Assembly (NCBI GenBank): GCA_008373095.1
Contig: RQOP01000037.1
Location: 1-61,249 of the forward strand
DNA length: 61,249 nt
Direction of reading: 5' to 3'
Origin: SAR202 cluster bacterium
GTDB lineage: Bacteria > Chloroflexota > Dehalococcoidia > Lucifugimonadales > UBA826
Shown here piece after piece: positions 39,139 through 48,815 of this stretch. The notes under the pieces were generated by a model. It was given only the letters and a program-made list of their open reading frames with translations, made no database searches and had not been told where the DNA came from. The translations under genes and the position numbers were made by a program. Within the stretch, counting starts at the first letter, position 1, and the number at the start of each line of letters is the position of its first letter.

Positions 39139-39408
39139 TTAACCTACTTTTCCGGCAATGACCCTTATAAAATGCAACAGAATTAAAGCTACAACCGGTG
39201 AAAAATCGAACATGCCGGTTCTCGGAAGTACCTTCCTTATCGGCCCCATGATAGGTTCGGTGATACCATAAATCAGCCGAAGAATAGGCATGAATGGACT
39301 ACCAGGTGACACGTTAAACCAAGAAACCAAAACTCGAGCTAATATTGCAAAATAAAGCACAGTAGCCAGTAAATTCAGGAAGTTTCCTAGATAGCCTCCT
39401 AGACTCAA
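39139..39408 (-). CDS. yggT: YggT family membrane protein
   Basis: ITEPIMGPIRKVLP..GMFDFSPVVA. Confidence 0.88.
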   Translation of the reverse strand: MSLGGYLGNFLNLLATVLYFAILARVLVSWFNVSPGSPFMPILRLIYGITEPIMGPIRKVLPRTGMFDFSPVVALILLHFIRVIAGKVG

Positions 39409-40205
39409 TTTCCTAACTCAACTGAGCGATCAAATGCGGCCCTGACTCCGTTTATTAAAGCTGCTCTCAGCCCATCATTTTCCATAGAAACCAAGGCTTC
39501 TATCGTTGTTCCTCCTGGAGAGGTGACCATATCACTGAGAACAGACGGGTGACTACCACTTTCCAGAACTAAATCTGTACTCCCTGAAACAGTCTGTAGC
39601 ACCAAATGCCTTGCCATTTCCCTGGGCATTCCTAAATATACTCCGGCGTCAATCAAAGATTGAATAAACAGAAAAACGTATGCGGGCCCACTGGCACTTA
39701 AAGCTGTGGCCATATCAATATATTTTTCATCATGAACATAATATTCTTCGCCTAAGGTTTGGAGAATAGAAGAAATTTCTCTTTTTTCTGACTCCCCAAC
39801 TTTATCCTTCGCAGTCCAAACCAGCATTCCCTTTCCAATTTGGGAAGGAGTATTGGGCATGACTCTTATTATTTCTTCATGTTCCAAACCTGAAGAAAGG
39901 TCATCAGAATTGCATCCGGCGACAATAGATATTACGGAACGACCTGAGGATATTTTCCCATTTAATTCTGCGTATATTTCAGGCAATGTCTGCGGTTTAA
40001 CAGCCAATAAGATCTTTCCTTCCAGCTTTAAAATATCTAAATTATCCTCTACACAATTTACTTTATATGTAGTCTCTAAGTATTCTCTTCTTTCGGGAAT
40101 AGGATCACTCACATAGATTTCATCTGAGACGAATAATCCCTTTTTAAGCACTCCTGCTATAAAGGACTCCGCCATAATTCCACCACCAACAAAAGATATC
40201 GTCAT
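39405..40205 (-). CDS. proC: Pyrroline-5-carboxylate reductase
   Basis: FVGGGIMA, AVKPQ, RVMPNTP, SASGPAY, VTSPGGTT; GAGG SD before the ATG at 40205. Confidence 0.93.
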   Translation of the reverse strand: MTISFVGGGIMAESFIAGVLKKGLFVSDEIYVSDPIPERREYLETTYKVNCVEDNLDILKLEGKILLAVKPQTLPEIYAELNGKISSGRSVISIVAGCNSDDLSSGLEHEEIIRVMPNTPSQIGKGMLVWTAKDKVGESEKREISSILQTLGEEYYVHDEKYIDMATALSASGPAYVFLFIQSLIDAGVYLGMPREMARHLVLQTVSGSTDLVLESGSHPSVLSDMVTSPGGTTIEALVSMENDGLRAALINGVRAAFDRSVELGN

Positions 40206-40224
40206 AACTAATTCCTCAGTCGTT

Positions 40225-41241
40225 TTAACCCGATATTCCGGGCAGTTTGCTATCACTTACTAGGGAGACAGCAGTGTTAATAGATTCCATCATACTAATA
40301 TGGTCGGCTATGCCTTTTCCCGCTATATCGAACGCCGTACCATGATCAACAGAAGTCCTTATGAATGGCAATCCTAGGTTGACGCTTACACTTCTCTTCC
40401 AATCATGCACTTTAATCGGAATATGACCCTGATCATGATACATAGCTATGCATACGTCATACATGCCATCAATATTCTGATTGAACACTGTGTCCGCCGG
40501 AACCGGACCAGTTGCATCAATCCCTAAAGACCGGGCATCTTCAACAGCTGGCGCGATATGAACATATTCCTCGTCACCCAATAATCCTCCATCGCTAGCA
40601 TGAGGATTTAAGGCGGCTACCCCAATTCTGGGAGCTGTAAACCCCCATTTCTTGAAATGATCATTTGTTAGGGATATTTTCGCCAACACATTATCTTGAG
40701 TAACGTAGTCACAAGCTATTCTTAGCGACCTATGAGTCGTCAAATGAACTACTCGCAAGCTTCCAGTCATAAGCATGGTGGCCACTTGACTTACTCCCGT
40801 CTGACTTTGGAATATTTCCATATGCCCAATGTCTTTATGGCCTGCTAAATTACAAGCCTCTTTATTAATTGGTGCCGTACTTATCGCCTGTATTTGACCA
40901 GAAGCAGCTAACTCGCCGGCCTTTAGTATCCACTCAACCGAAGCTTTTCCAGACTCGGCAGAAATTTGACCATACTCTATTTTGCTGAAATCAAGATTTC
41001 CTTCATCCAAAACATCTACTGTTTCAAAGCTAGGTTCTATATCTTGAATAGAGGAAACCTTCTTAACTGAAACATCTGAACCTATTAATTCAAATGCATC
41101 AGACATAGCATCAGCATTTCCGATCACAAAAGGATTGCATTTCTCATAAATACTTGCGTCTACAAGAGTCTTCGCCACTACTTCTGGCCCTATACCAGCT
41201 GAATCCCCCATGGTAATAGCAAGAAAAGGTCTATTAGTCAT
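40225..41241 (-). CDS. pdxA: PdxA-family dehydrogenase (4-hydroxythreonine-4-phosphate or PdxA2-type)
   Basis: TMGDSAGIGPE, TAPINK, LNPHA, GPVPADT, MYHDQGHIP, RTSVDHGTAFDIAG. Confidence 0.85.
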   Translation of the reverse strand: MTNRPFLAITMGDSAGIGPEVVAKTLVDASIYEKCNPFVIGNADAMSDAFELIGSDVSVKKVSSIQDIEPSFETVDVLDEGNLDFSKIEYGQISAESGKASVEWILKAGELAASGQIQAISTAPINKEACNLAGHKDIGHMEIFQSQTGVSQVATMLMTGSLRVVHLTTHRSLRIACDYVTQDNVLAKISLTNDHFKKWGFTAPRIGVAALNPHASDGGLLGDEEYVHIAPAVEDARSLGIDATGPVPADTVFNQNIDGMYDVCIAMYHDQGHIPIKVHDWKRSVSVNLGLPFIRTSVDHGTAFDIAGKGIADHISMMESINTAVSLVSDSKLPGISG

Positions 41242-41352
41242 TAGTCAATGTCCTATTTAAATATCGAACCGGGCAGTAAATCAGCTACCTCTAAAGAAAT
41301 TTGAAACTTTCAATAACAAAAGAGGATTAAAAGGATCTACTAGTTAGTCACC

Positions 41353-43839
41353 TTATTCGCATTTATTGTATCCACAATCAGGACAACTTAAACAACCTTC
41401 TTGATGAAGTAAATAGCCTGAGCATTCAGGGCATTTGGCACCACTTGCAACATTAGAATTATCTTCCTGATCATTTTCTTTGTTTGTGGAAGGAAAAAGC
41501 CCCAACTGTGCGGAATTTGCAACATTATCGATTACATTAGAAGCAACAATAGGACTATCTAAATGCCTGCTCAGAGCGAGAGCTACCGCATCTGGCGCAG
41601 ATCTTACTAGAGTTCCCCCATCCCAAACAGGAACATCGGTAATACCACTTAACTGATCCACTATTTGCGAAGGATCAATTCCAGCCCGCAAGGCCATTGA
41701 TGAGAGCCTTGCAATAGCTTCCAAATAAGCAGAGTCGCTACTTCCTGATTTTCCTAAATTAGCAAACACTTCAAACGGATGACCTTGATCATCAAATGTT
41801 ATATTCACAAACATTGTTCCATGACCCGTCCTTACTCGATCGGTAACACCAGTAACGGATACAGGCCTTTGCCGTGGTACTTTTAGGTGATCCTCTTGAT
41901 TATCTTCATCATCCGCTTTCGTCTTGCCTGTTTCCAAAACCTGCATAGATTTAGACCCGTCTCTGTATACAGTTACCGCTTTACAACCGGTCTCCCAAGC
42001 CAAACGATATGCATCTTTAACATCTTGCACGGTAGCCGTATTTGGTAGATTAATCGTTTTAGAAACAGAATTAGTTACATGTTTTTGCCATACCGATTGC
42101 ATTTTCACATGAGCCTCAGCCGAAACACCCATTGATGTTCGATAAACAGCAGAATCGAGTCCATGATCACCCATGATTTTTTCGGCATTATCAGGATCTT
42201 CCACAATTTGGGTCAAAACTTCTCTAGCAGCCTCTTCAGTACCAATAGCAGATTTCAAACTCTCAACAATTGACGATGGTGAATCCAAAAGTCTAGAACT
42301 CGTCCCCTCATGGTCTTCCCACAACACATTGGACCACCAAGCCAAAGCAAAATGAGGCTCAATCCCACTGGAACAACCAGCTATCCTACTAATTGTTCCC
42401 GTTGGTGCAATGGTCACAACACTTGCATTTCTTACAGGAGGCATTCCCCATTGTTTCAAAGCAGAATTTTCATACTCTGGAAAAGGTCCCCTTTCCTCGG
42501 CAACTTTAGCTGATTCGTCCCAAGCAATACCATTCAGAAATCCTCCCAATTTATCAGCAAGATCCAAGGCCTCTTGGGAATCATAAGGAAGTCCCATTCT
42601 GACAAGGGCGTCAGCCCATCCCATAACTCCTAATCCGATTCTGCGCGTATCCAAATTTACTTCGCGCAACACCGGTAACGGGAACGAATTTACTTCAATA
42701 ACATCATTGAGGAAACGAACTCCGGTCCTAGTGGTTTTCTCCAGGGATTCCCAATCAAAGTCATCCCCTGTGATATGAGCATCTAGATTAATTGACCCTA
42801 AGCAACAATTCCCATAATTTTCCAGAAATTCTTCACCACATGGGTTACTAGTCTTTATTTTCCCCATTTGAGGATTAGGAGCAGTCTCCCAAACTCTATC
42901 TACAAAAACCACTCCGGGATCTCCGGTCTTCCAAGCTGACTCAGCTATTTCATCCCATAGTTCCTTTGCTCTGACAGTTCCTAGCACCTCATTGGTGGGT
43001 CCATCACCTGTATCTCTTGGGTTGATTAGGTTCCAATCCTCATCATTTTCAACTGCTTTCATAAAATCATCAGTTATTTGAACCGATATATTGAAATTCT
43101 GAAGAGTATCATCGTCATCTTTGCAATGAATGAATTCCCTGATATCAGGATGACTAATGATGAGCTGTCCCATATGGGCACCCAATCTGAACGCTCCTTG
43201 AGTAAGAGTAGCACCAACTGCAGAAAATAGTTTCATGACAGCAATCGGACCACAAGCCTGACCATGCGTCGTAGATATTCGGTCCTGTTTTGGTCTCAAG
43301 TCAGAAAGCCCAAACCCGATACCTCCCCCCCATTTTTCAATCATCGCAGCATCATTAGCTACCTTCATTATAGATTGAATATTATCTTCTGGAGAAACCA
43401 CAAAACACGCCGATAGGCAACCCCTTCCAGTACCAGCATTTACTAAAGTCGGAGAATTAGGCAAAAACTTTAAAGTTGACATTATTTCATAGTATTTTTG
43501 CTCATATTCTGCTTGTTTAACTTCAGGTTCCCCTAGTGCAACAGCACTGGAAACTCTCCTAAATAATCCTTCCGCATCTTCAGTTGGTTCACCATTATCG
43601 TCTCGCCTGAGATAGCGCTTTTCAATAATGAACCTGGCATTATCAGAAAGAGATAACCCATCGCTGTGAATTTGATTATCGGACACATCTATTTCGCCCG
43701 ACTCTAATATGGTGTTAGTCAGTGCTGCAGCCACCTCCCCAGAAACCCCAACTGACTCCAAGGCCTTTACAACGTCTTCTCTAATTTCTTCTCTATCACC
43801 ACTGTTAGAAGACTCTCCTGAAACTACTCCTTGAGTCAT
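41353..43839 (-). CDS. nrdJ: Class II (adenosylcobalamin-dependent) ribonucleotide reductase
   Basis: FLPNSPTL, LSACFV, NPCGE, TIAPTGTIS, TVYRDGS (no class I YY pair), TSCPD-like domain, C-terminal Cys-rich zinc ribbon; GAGGAG SD 8 nt before the ATG at 43839. Confidence 0.92.
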   Translation of the reverse strand: MTQGVVSGESSNSGDREEIREDVVKALESVGVSGEVAAALTNTILESGEIDVSDNQIHSDGLSLSDNARFIIEKRYLRRDDNGEPTEDAEGLFRRVSSAVALGEPEVKQAEYEQKYYEIMSTLKFLPNSPTLVNAGTGRGCLSACFVVSPEDNIQSIMKVANDAAMIEKWGGGIGFGLSDLRPKQDRISTTHGQACGPIAVMKLFSAVGATLTQGAFRLGAHMGQLIISHPDIREFIHCKDDDDTLQNFNISVQITDDFMKAVENDEDWNLINPRDTGDGPTNEVLGTVRAKELWDEIAESAWKTGDPGVVFVDRVWETAPNPQMGKIKTSNPCGEEFLENYGNCCLGSINLDAHITGDDFDWESLEKTTRTGVRFLNDVIEVNSFPLPVLREVNLDTRRIGLGVMGWADALVRMGLPYDSQEALDLADKLGGFLNGIAWDESAKVAEERGPFPEYENSALKQWGMPPVRNASVVTIAPTGTISRIAGCSSGIEPHFALAWWSNVLWEDHEGTSSRLLDSPSSIVESLKSAIGTEEAAREVLTQIVEDPDNAEKIMGDHGLDSAVYRTSMGVSAEAHVKMQSVWQKHVTNSVSKTINLPNTATVQDVKDAYRLAWETGCKAVTVYRDGSKSMQVLETGKTKADDEDNQEDHLKVPRQRPVSVTGVTDRVRTGHGTMFVNITFDDQGHPFEVFANLGKSGSSDSAYLEAIARLSSMALRAGIDPSQIVDQLSGITDVPVWDGGTLVRSAPDAVALALSRHLDSPIVASNVIDNVANSAQLGLFPSTNKENDQEDNSNVASGAKCPECSGYLLHQEGCLSCPDCGYNKCE

Positions 43840-43908
43840 TAACACTACTCCTCAATAAAACTGTTATTTAAAAAATTCAAACCGCTAAAGCAAATCGTAC
43901 GCACAATG

Positions 43909-43929
43909 CGAACATATGTACGGATTATA
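43909..43929 (-). promoter_or_regulatory. Internal nrdJ promoter -10 (TATAAT) with adjacent LexA-like box CGAAC-ATAT-GTACG
   Basis: TATAAT on the minus strand at 43929-43924; a one-mismatch GAAC-N4-GTTC palindrome at 43909-43922 covers the expected +1. Confidence 0.55.
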
Positions 43930-43947
43930 CATGTTCCAATCAAATTT

Positions 43948-44502
43948 TTAAATTTGAACTGTCGGCTTTTTCGGTTTCCTCCCTCTCTTTCTACGTCCAA
44001 CGGGTGTCAACTCATCATCTTTGAGAAACGACAATTGACTACTCGTTTCATCTTTTTTGGGCTCCAACAATGCATCTACTTCATCTTTAAAACTTTCTAT
44101 GTCTCTAAAGTCTCTATAAACGCTGGCAAACCTTATGTATGCAACCCTGTCTAGATTCCTTAACCTCTCCATCACCAACTCACCAATTGACCTTGAAGGC
44201 ATCTCAGCTCTCCCGGCATTGGCCAGATAAGTTTCAATCTCATCAATTGCCTTTTCAATACTACCTATTGGTAATGGCCTTTTGGCGCAGGCATTTTTCA
44301 TGCTGGACCACAACTTATCCCTGTTAAATTCTTCCCGTCTACCATCCCTCTTCACCACAATTAGAGCCCTTGTTTGTATTCGTTCATACGTGGTGAACCG
44401 AAGCTCACAACTTGAACATTCACGCCTTCTACGTATGCTCTCATCAGAATCCCGAGAATCAATGACTCTAGAATCTTCATTACTGCAAAACGGGCAATAC
44501 AT
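43948..44502 (-). CDS. nrdR: Transcriptional repressor NrdR
   Basis: MYCPFC..SRVIDSR..IRRRRECSSC..RFTTYE, ATP-cone VVKRDGRREEF, VAYIRFASVY. Confidence 0.96.
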   Translation of the reverse strand: MYCPFCSNEDSRVIDSRDSDESIRRRRECSSCELRFTTYERIQTRALIVVKRDGRREEFNRDKLWSSMKNACAKRPLPIGSIEKAIDEIETYLANAGRAEMPSRSIGELVMERLRNLDRVAYIRFASVYRDFRDIESFKDEVDALLEPKKDETSSQLSFLKDDELTPVGRRKRGRKPKKPTVQI

Positions 44503-44560
44503 AGATATAACTAAACTCCAAAAACTAAAGGGAATTAGCACAGTTAATATATATCAATAC

Positions 44561-44607
44561 ATACTATAAATCGTGCTATCCCAGAGAGGCTACGCTATAT
44601 ATTGAGG
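44561..44607. promoter_or_regulatory. Tandem NrdR boxes
   Basis: ATACTATAAATCGTGC (44561-44576) and ACGCTATATATTGAGG (44592-44607) resemble acaCwAtATaTwGtgt; starts are 31 bp apart. Confidence 0.75.
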
Positions 44608-44756
44608 TTTTAACGGGAAAGTCTCAAGGGGTAGAACCCATTATTTTTGGGAGATTTTCACCAATAAAAGACAATGTCAGGCACGAACACCAAATTTAGG
44701 ACACATTTGAACAAAAATTCACAAAAGAGGCTTTTGAGGCGTTAGCATCACCAATA

Positions 44757-44803
44757 AGTTCCCAATCAAAAAACTATTGTTTGGATCAGTTATTTTGGGA
44801 ACT
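44757..44803. repeat. 9-bp inverted repeat immediately 3' of ftsZ
   Basis: AGTTCCCAA (44757-44765) and TTGGGAACT (44795-44803) with a 29-nt spacer. Confidence 0.4.
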
Positions 44804-44805
44804 AA

Positions 44806-45876
44806 CTAAATATTCCCTCCACCTCTCCTCAAAAATGGTGGTAGGTCCAGTGAATCTTCATTTATTTCCACTTTGTTAACAGCTTCAACAGTCCTCGCCA
44901 TATCTCTCTGGAGTAAGGTATCAGTAGTAGGGAATCCAGTGGCAATTATTGTTATCTTAATTTCATTTTCCATTTTATGGTCAGTAGTCATCCCAAATAT
45001 TATGTTAGCTTCGGGATCTACCACTCTTTGAATAACCTCAGCGGCTTCATGAAGTTCCGACAATTTCAAATCACTGCCACCAGTGATATTAAAGAGAACA
45101 CCTGTAGCACCCTCGATAGAGACATCCATTAATGGATTTGTGATTGCCTCTTGCGCTGCATCTCTAGACCTAGACCCACCAGAGGCGTGGCCTATTGACA
45201 TCCAAGCTGGGCCCGCATCCCTCATAATGCTCTGAACATCAGCAAAGTCCAAATTTATATCGCCTGGGTTAGTTATAAGTTCAGTTATTGACTGAACACC
45301 TAATCTCAAAACGTCATCCGCCAATCCAAATGCATTCTCGGCCGTTACTTCCTCTTGAGAAATAATACTAAGCCTCTGGTTGGGTATTACCAACAATGTA
45401 TCAACATTATTTTGCAATTTTTCTATTCCGGCCTGAGCTTGCTTTGACCTTCTTATTCCTTCAAAGGCAAAAGGTCGAGTTACAACCCCTACAGTCAAAG
45501 CACCTGTTTCTTGAGCTATTTCTGCTATTACTGGGGCTGCTCCTGTACCGGTTCCACCACCCATTCCTGCCGCAATGAAAACCATATTAGAATCTCTTAT
45601 GACATCATATATTTCTTCTCTGCTTTCCTCTGCTGATGCCGAACCCTTATCAGGGTCTCCTCCAACACCCATTCCTTGGGTAAGCTGTTCACCAATTCTT
45701 ATCCGATTTGGTACATCACTTTTAAGTAATGCCTGGATGTCGGTATTCATTACTATGTATTCCACACCGGATATCCTTTCCCTAAACATACGAGAGACGG
45801 CGTTCGAACCACCACCGCCTACTCCGATAACTTTGATGCGCGCCACACCTTCCAATTCTCTACCGCTTGTAGTCAT
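44806..45876 (-). CDS. ftsZ: Cell division protein FtsZ
   Basis: [23 protein letters not shown] signature, INLDFADV, C-terminal LDLPPFLRR. Confidence 0.97.
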   Translation of the reverse strand: MTTSGRELEGVARIKVIGVGGGGSNAVSRMFRERISGVEYIVMNTDIQALLKSDVPNRIRIGEQLTQGMGVGGDPDKGSASAEESREEIYDVIRDSNMVFIAAGMGGGTGTGAAPVIAEIAQETGALTVGVVTRPFAFEGIRRSKQAQAGIEKLQNNVDTLLVIPNQRLSIISQEEVTAENAFGLADDVLRLGVQSITELITNPGDINLDFADVQSIMRDAGPAWMSIGHASGGSRSRDAAQEAITNPLMDVSIEGATGVLFNITGGSDLKLSELHEAAEVIQRVVDPEANIIFGMTTDHKMENEIKITIIATGFPTTDTLLQRDMARTVEAVNKVEINEDSLDLPPFLRRGGGNI

Positions 45877-45910
45877 GTTTCCCTCCGAAATGCAAAATAC
45901 CGATTCAGAC

Positions 45911-47167
45911 CTAGCTTAACTTTAATAATTTTTTTATTCGCCCCAAGAATCCTGAGCTCTTAATACTATCATTCATACCTATTCGTCTTTCTGCGGAATT
46001 TTCGACGTTGAACGCATGTAATACCATTCCAATAGCTGTCGAGTAGCACGGATTTCTCAAATCATCTGTTATACCCATAAGAAAATCAGGTACACCTCTT
46101 TTTATGACGCAGTTGGGAATAAACTGTTCAGCCATTTCGTAAAAACCGGGTAATTGAGAAGCCCCACCAGTTATATAAACTATTGAATTAGGATTTTCTT
46201 TCAAGCCCCCTTGCTGCAACTTTAAATCTATCAGCCGAATAAGTTCCATGGCACGTTCTCTCATAAGTTGGCAGAGATCCCTTCTCCTCAATTCTATAGT
46301 TGCCGAAGAACCGATAGGAGAAATAGGAACGGTTTCAGTCAAATCTATAGCAGATAGATTGGTGTTGCCATACTTTACTTTAGCTTCTTCAGCCTCGGAA
46401 AATCCCGCGTTGTATGTCAGACAAACATCATTAGTGAATTGAAAGCCACCAACTGGTATGGTACCGGTATAGACGGTACTCCCATTTTTAAAAATGACTA
46501 TATCCGTAGTTCCACCACCAATATCAACGACGGCGGAACCAATATCTTTTTCAGTCTGAGTCAATATTGCTTCGCTGCTAGCAAACGGTTCAACCACCAA
46601 ACCTTTCAAATCTACGCCGGACATTTTTATAGTCTCTTTCAACTTATCCGCAAAATATGAATCAGCTGTAATTAGATGTGTGGTAACTTGCAAACCTGTT
46701 ACATGCATGCCCACAGGGTTTTTTATTCCGTCGTGTCCATCTACTGCGTATTGGATCGGGAACGAGTGAACGATTGTTCTACCGGGAAGATGTAATCCTT
46801 TAGACACCATACTTGGTATTTGAGCCACCTCCTCCAAAGTAACTACCCCTTGCTGACCTATACTGGAAAAATAATCAACTCTGTTCTCATAGGTAATATG
46901 AGACCCTGTAATACCCACATAGGCAGATTTTATATCTATACCTACATCCGAGCGTATTTCAGCGATCGTTTTACGTATAGCATCACTTATAGCACCCGAA
47001 TCAACTACATTTCCTCTTTTAATCCCTGAACATGGTATCTCACTGAAAGAAATAAGTTCTGGAAACCCACCTTTTGATTTTCGAGCGAGAACCGTACACA
47101 CCTTGCTGGTGCCCACGTCTATTGCAGCTATTAAATCAGAATTAGTATCTATCAAACTTTGGGTCAA
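45911..47167 (-). CDS. ftsA: Cell division protein FtsA
   Basis: [28 protein letters not shown]-terminal amphipathic helix [10 protein letters not shown]. Confidence 0.93.
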   Translation of the reverse strand: MTQSLIDTNSDLIAAIDVGTSKVCTVLARKSKGGFPELISFSEIPCSGIKRGNVVDSGAISDAIRKTIAEIRSDVGIDIKSAYVGITGSHITYENRVDYFSSIGQQGVVTLEEVAQIPSMVSKGLHLPGRTIVHSFPIQYAVDGHDGIKNPVGMHVTGLQVTTHLITADSYFADKLKETIKMSGVDLKGLVVEPFASSEAILTQTEKDIGSAVVDIGGGTTDIVIFKNGSTVYTGTIPVGGFQFTNDVCLTYNAGFSEAEEAKVKYGNTNLSAIDLTETVPISPIGSSATIELRRRDLCQLMRERAMELIRLIDLKLQQGGLKENPNSIVYITGGASQLPGFYEMAEQFIPNCVIKRGVPDFLMGITDDLRNPCYSTAIGMVLHAFNVENSAERRIGMNDSIKSSGFLGRIKKLLKLS

Positions 47168-48102
47168 CCTATTTTCTCTACTATTCTCATTTTTGCACTT
47201 CTACTTCTCGGATTAATTCCAATTTCACTACTACTCGGTGTTTTAACTTTTTTATTAACAATGCGCAGTTGTGATTTGTGATCACAGACACAAACTGGAA
47301 CATTAACTGAACATATACAGTTTAAGGATTCTTTTTTAAAAAATTGTTTTACTATTCGATCTTCAAGGGAATGGTAGGTGAGAACTACAAATTTCCCTTT
47401 ATTCGTAAGCAAATCTAGTCCCGCTGACAAACCACTGTTTATATTTTCAAATTCCTGATTTACTGCTATCCGTAGCGCCTGAAAAATTCTTGTAGCAGGA
47501 TGTATCCTTGATTTCCTAGATCTTCCCACTTTTTCTTCGACTAATTTTGCGAGTTTGCCTGTGGTCATAATGGGTCTTTGATCGCAAATCGCCTTTGCAA
47601 TTCGCCTTGCTGCCCGTTCTTCCCCAAAGTGAAAGAAAATTTCAGATAGCTCTTTTTCTTCATAAGTGTTAATCAAATCATATGCAGTAATTCCTTGCGA
47701 TTGGTCATATCGCATATCTAGCATTTCATCTGATCTAAAGCTAAATCCCCGCCCCTCGGTTTCTAGTTGCATTGACGACAAACCCAGGTCCAATAGGATT
47801 CCACCTACGGGACTTATATTTGGTTCTCTGGTTAGCATTTTCATATCAGCATAGTTGCCATTAACTAATAAAACTCGATCAGTAAATTTTTGAAATCCCT
47901 TCCTAGACATTCTCGTAGATTGAGCATCAAGATCTATGCCAAAAACTTTCCGGTCAGGGTATCGTTCTAGCAGGCCACGAGAATGCCCCCCTAGCCCAAA
48001 AGTACCGTCAATAAACCACCCTCCCGGACTGCCCTCAAAAGCTTCCAAAACCTCAGAGAGCATTACAGGCAAATGGGTAACAACTTCGTATTTGGAGTTC
48101 AA
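47164..48102 (-). CDS. rsmH: 16S rRNA (cytosine-1402-N4)-methyltransferase
   Basis: HLPVM, DGTFGLGGHS, DLGLSSMQL..RGFSF, HPATRIFQALRIAVN, YHSLEDR, NPRSRSAKMR. Confidence 0.95.
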   Translation of the reverse strand: MNSKYEVVTHLPVMLSEVLEAFEGSPGGWFIDGTFGLGGHSRGLLERYPDRKVFGIDLDAQSTRMSRKGFQKFTDRVLLVNGNYADMKMLTREPNISPVGGILLDLGLSSMQLETEGRGFSFRSDEMLDMRYDQSQGITAYDLINTYEEKELSEIFFHFGEERAARRIAKAICDQRPIMTTGKLAKLVEEKVGRSRKSRIHPATRIFQALRIAVNQEFENINSGLSAGLDLLTNKGKFVVLTYHSLEDRIVKQFFKKESLNCICSVNVPVCVCDHKSQLRIVNKKVKTPSSSEIGINPRSRSAKMRIVEKIG

Positions 48103-48259
48103 TCAGAGCACCCTTTTACTCGTGCTAAAATACGTCTGAGAAACACCAACTCTAATTACCCACTTTGACATACATAATTTTGGCAATTCATCAGGGTTTA
48201 TTGCAAGGTTTTTCTATACAAATTTACGACCATTTTAACGTTTTATCAAGGATATATTT

Positions 48260-48781
48260 ATGAATCCTTCAGCAAAAGACAATCAACAAATATTTTCTGC
48301 CGGCATCCTAACAATAAGTGATTCCGGCTCAGCAGGAGATAGAGTAGACATAAGTGGTGAAAGAATAGTCGAAATCATCGAAGTTGCCGGTTTCAATAAA
48401 AGGTTGAAAGATATCGTTCCTGATGAAATTCCGGTTATATCCGAAAAATTAGCTGAATGGTCGGATAGCGGAGAAGTTGACATAATATTCACAACTGGAG
48501 GGACGGGCTTGGGCCCACGCGACGTGACTCCAGAGGCTACGAAAAACATCCTTGATTTAGAAATACCCGGAATCGGGGAGTCAATGAGGGTGAAAACTCT
48601 AGACCGAACACCATTCGCAATTCTAAGTCGATCCACTGCAGGAATACGATCGGGATGTTTAATTGTTAATTTACCTGGAAGCCCAAAAGGAGTCGAGGAA
48701 TGCTTGGAAGTAGTTATTGAGTCTCTACCCCACGCTCTGGCAATGATAAGAGGATGGAAATCTCACGTAGAACCAAATTAG
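48260..48781 (+). CDS. mog: MogA/MoaB molybdopterin adenylyltransferase family
   Basis: LTISD, TTGGTGLGPRDVTPEAT, LSRSTAG, NLPGSPKG. Confidence 0.88.
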   Translation: MNPSAKDNQQIFSAGILTISDSGSAGDRVDISGERIVEIIEVAGFNKRLKDIVPDEIPVISEKLAEWSDSGEVDIIFTTGGTGLGPRDVTPEATKNILDLEIPGIGESMRVKTLDRTPFAILSRSTAGIRSGCLIVNLPGSPKGVEECLEVVIESLPHALAMIRGWKSHVEPN

Positions 48782-48815
48782 ATAAACACATTAATCATTC
48801 ATCTACCAATAAACT

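Noticed and set aside
43846-43947. Cobalamin riboswitch before nrdJ
   Set aside because: The gap is only about 100 bp and lacks a B12-box
44708-44721. Second LexA-like site TGAAC-AAAA-ATTCA
   Set aside because: Core mismatch, AT-rich context and far from the predicted promoter
48106-48129. CIRCE-like inverted repeat (TTAGCAC...GTGCTC) upstream of rsmH
   Set aside because: Spacing and arms do not fit TTAGCACTC-N9-GAGTGCTAA, and rsmH is not a heat-shock gene; at most a weak RBS hairpin
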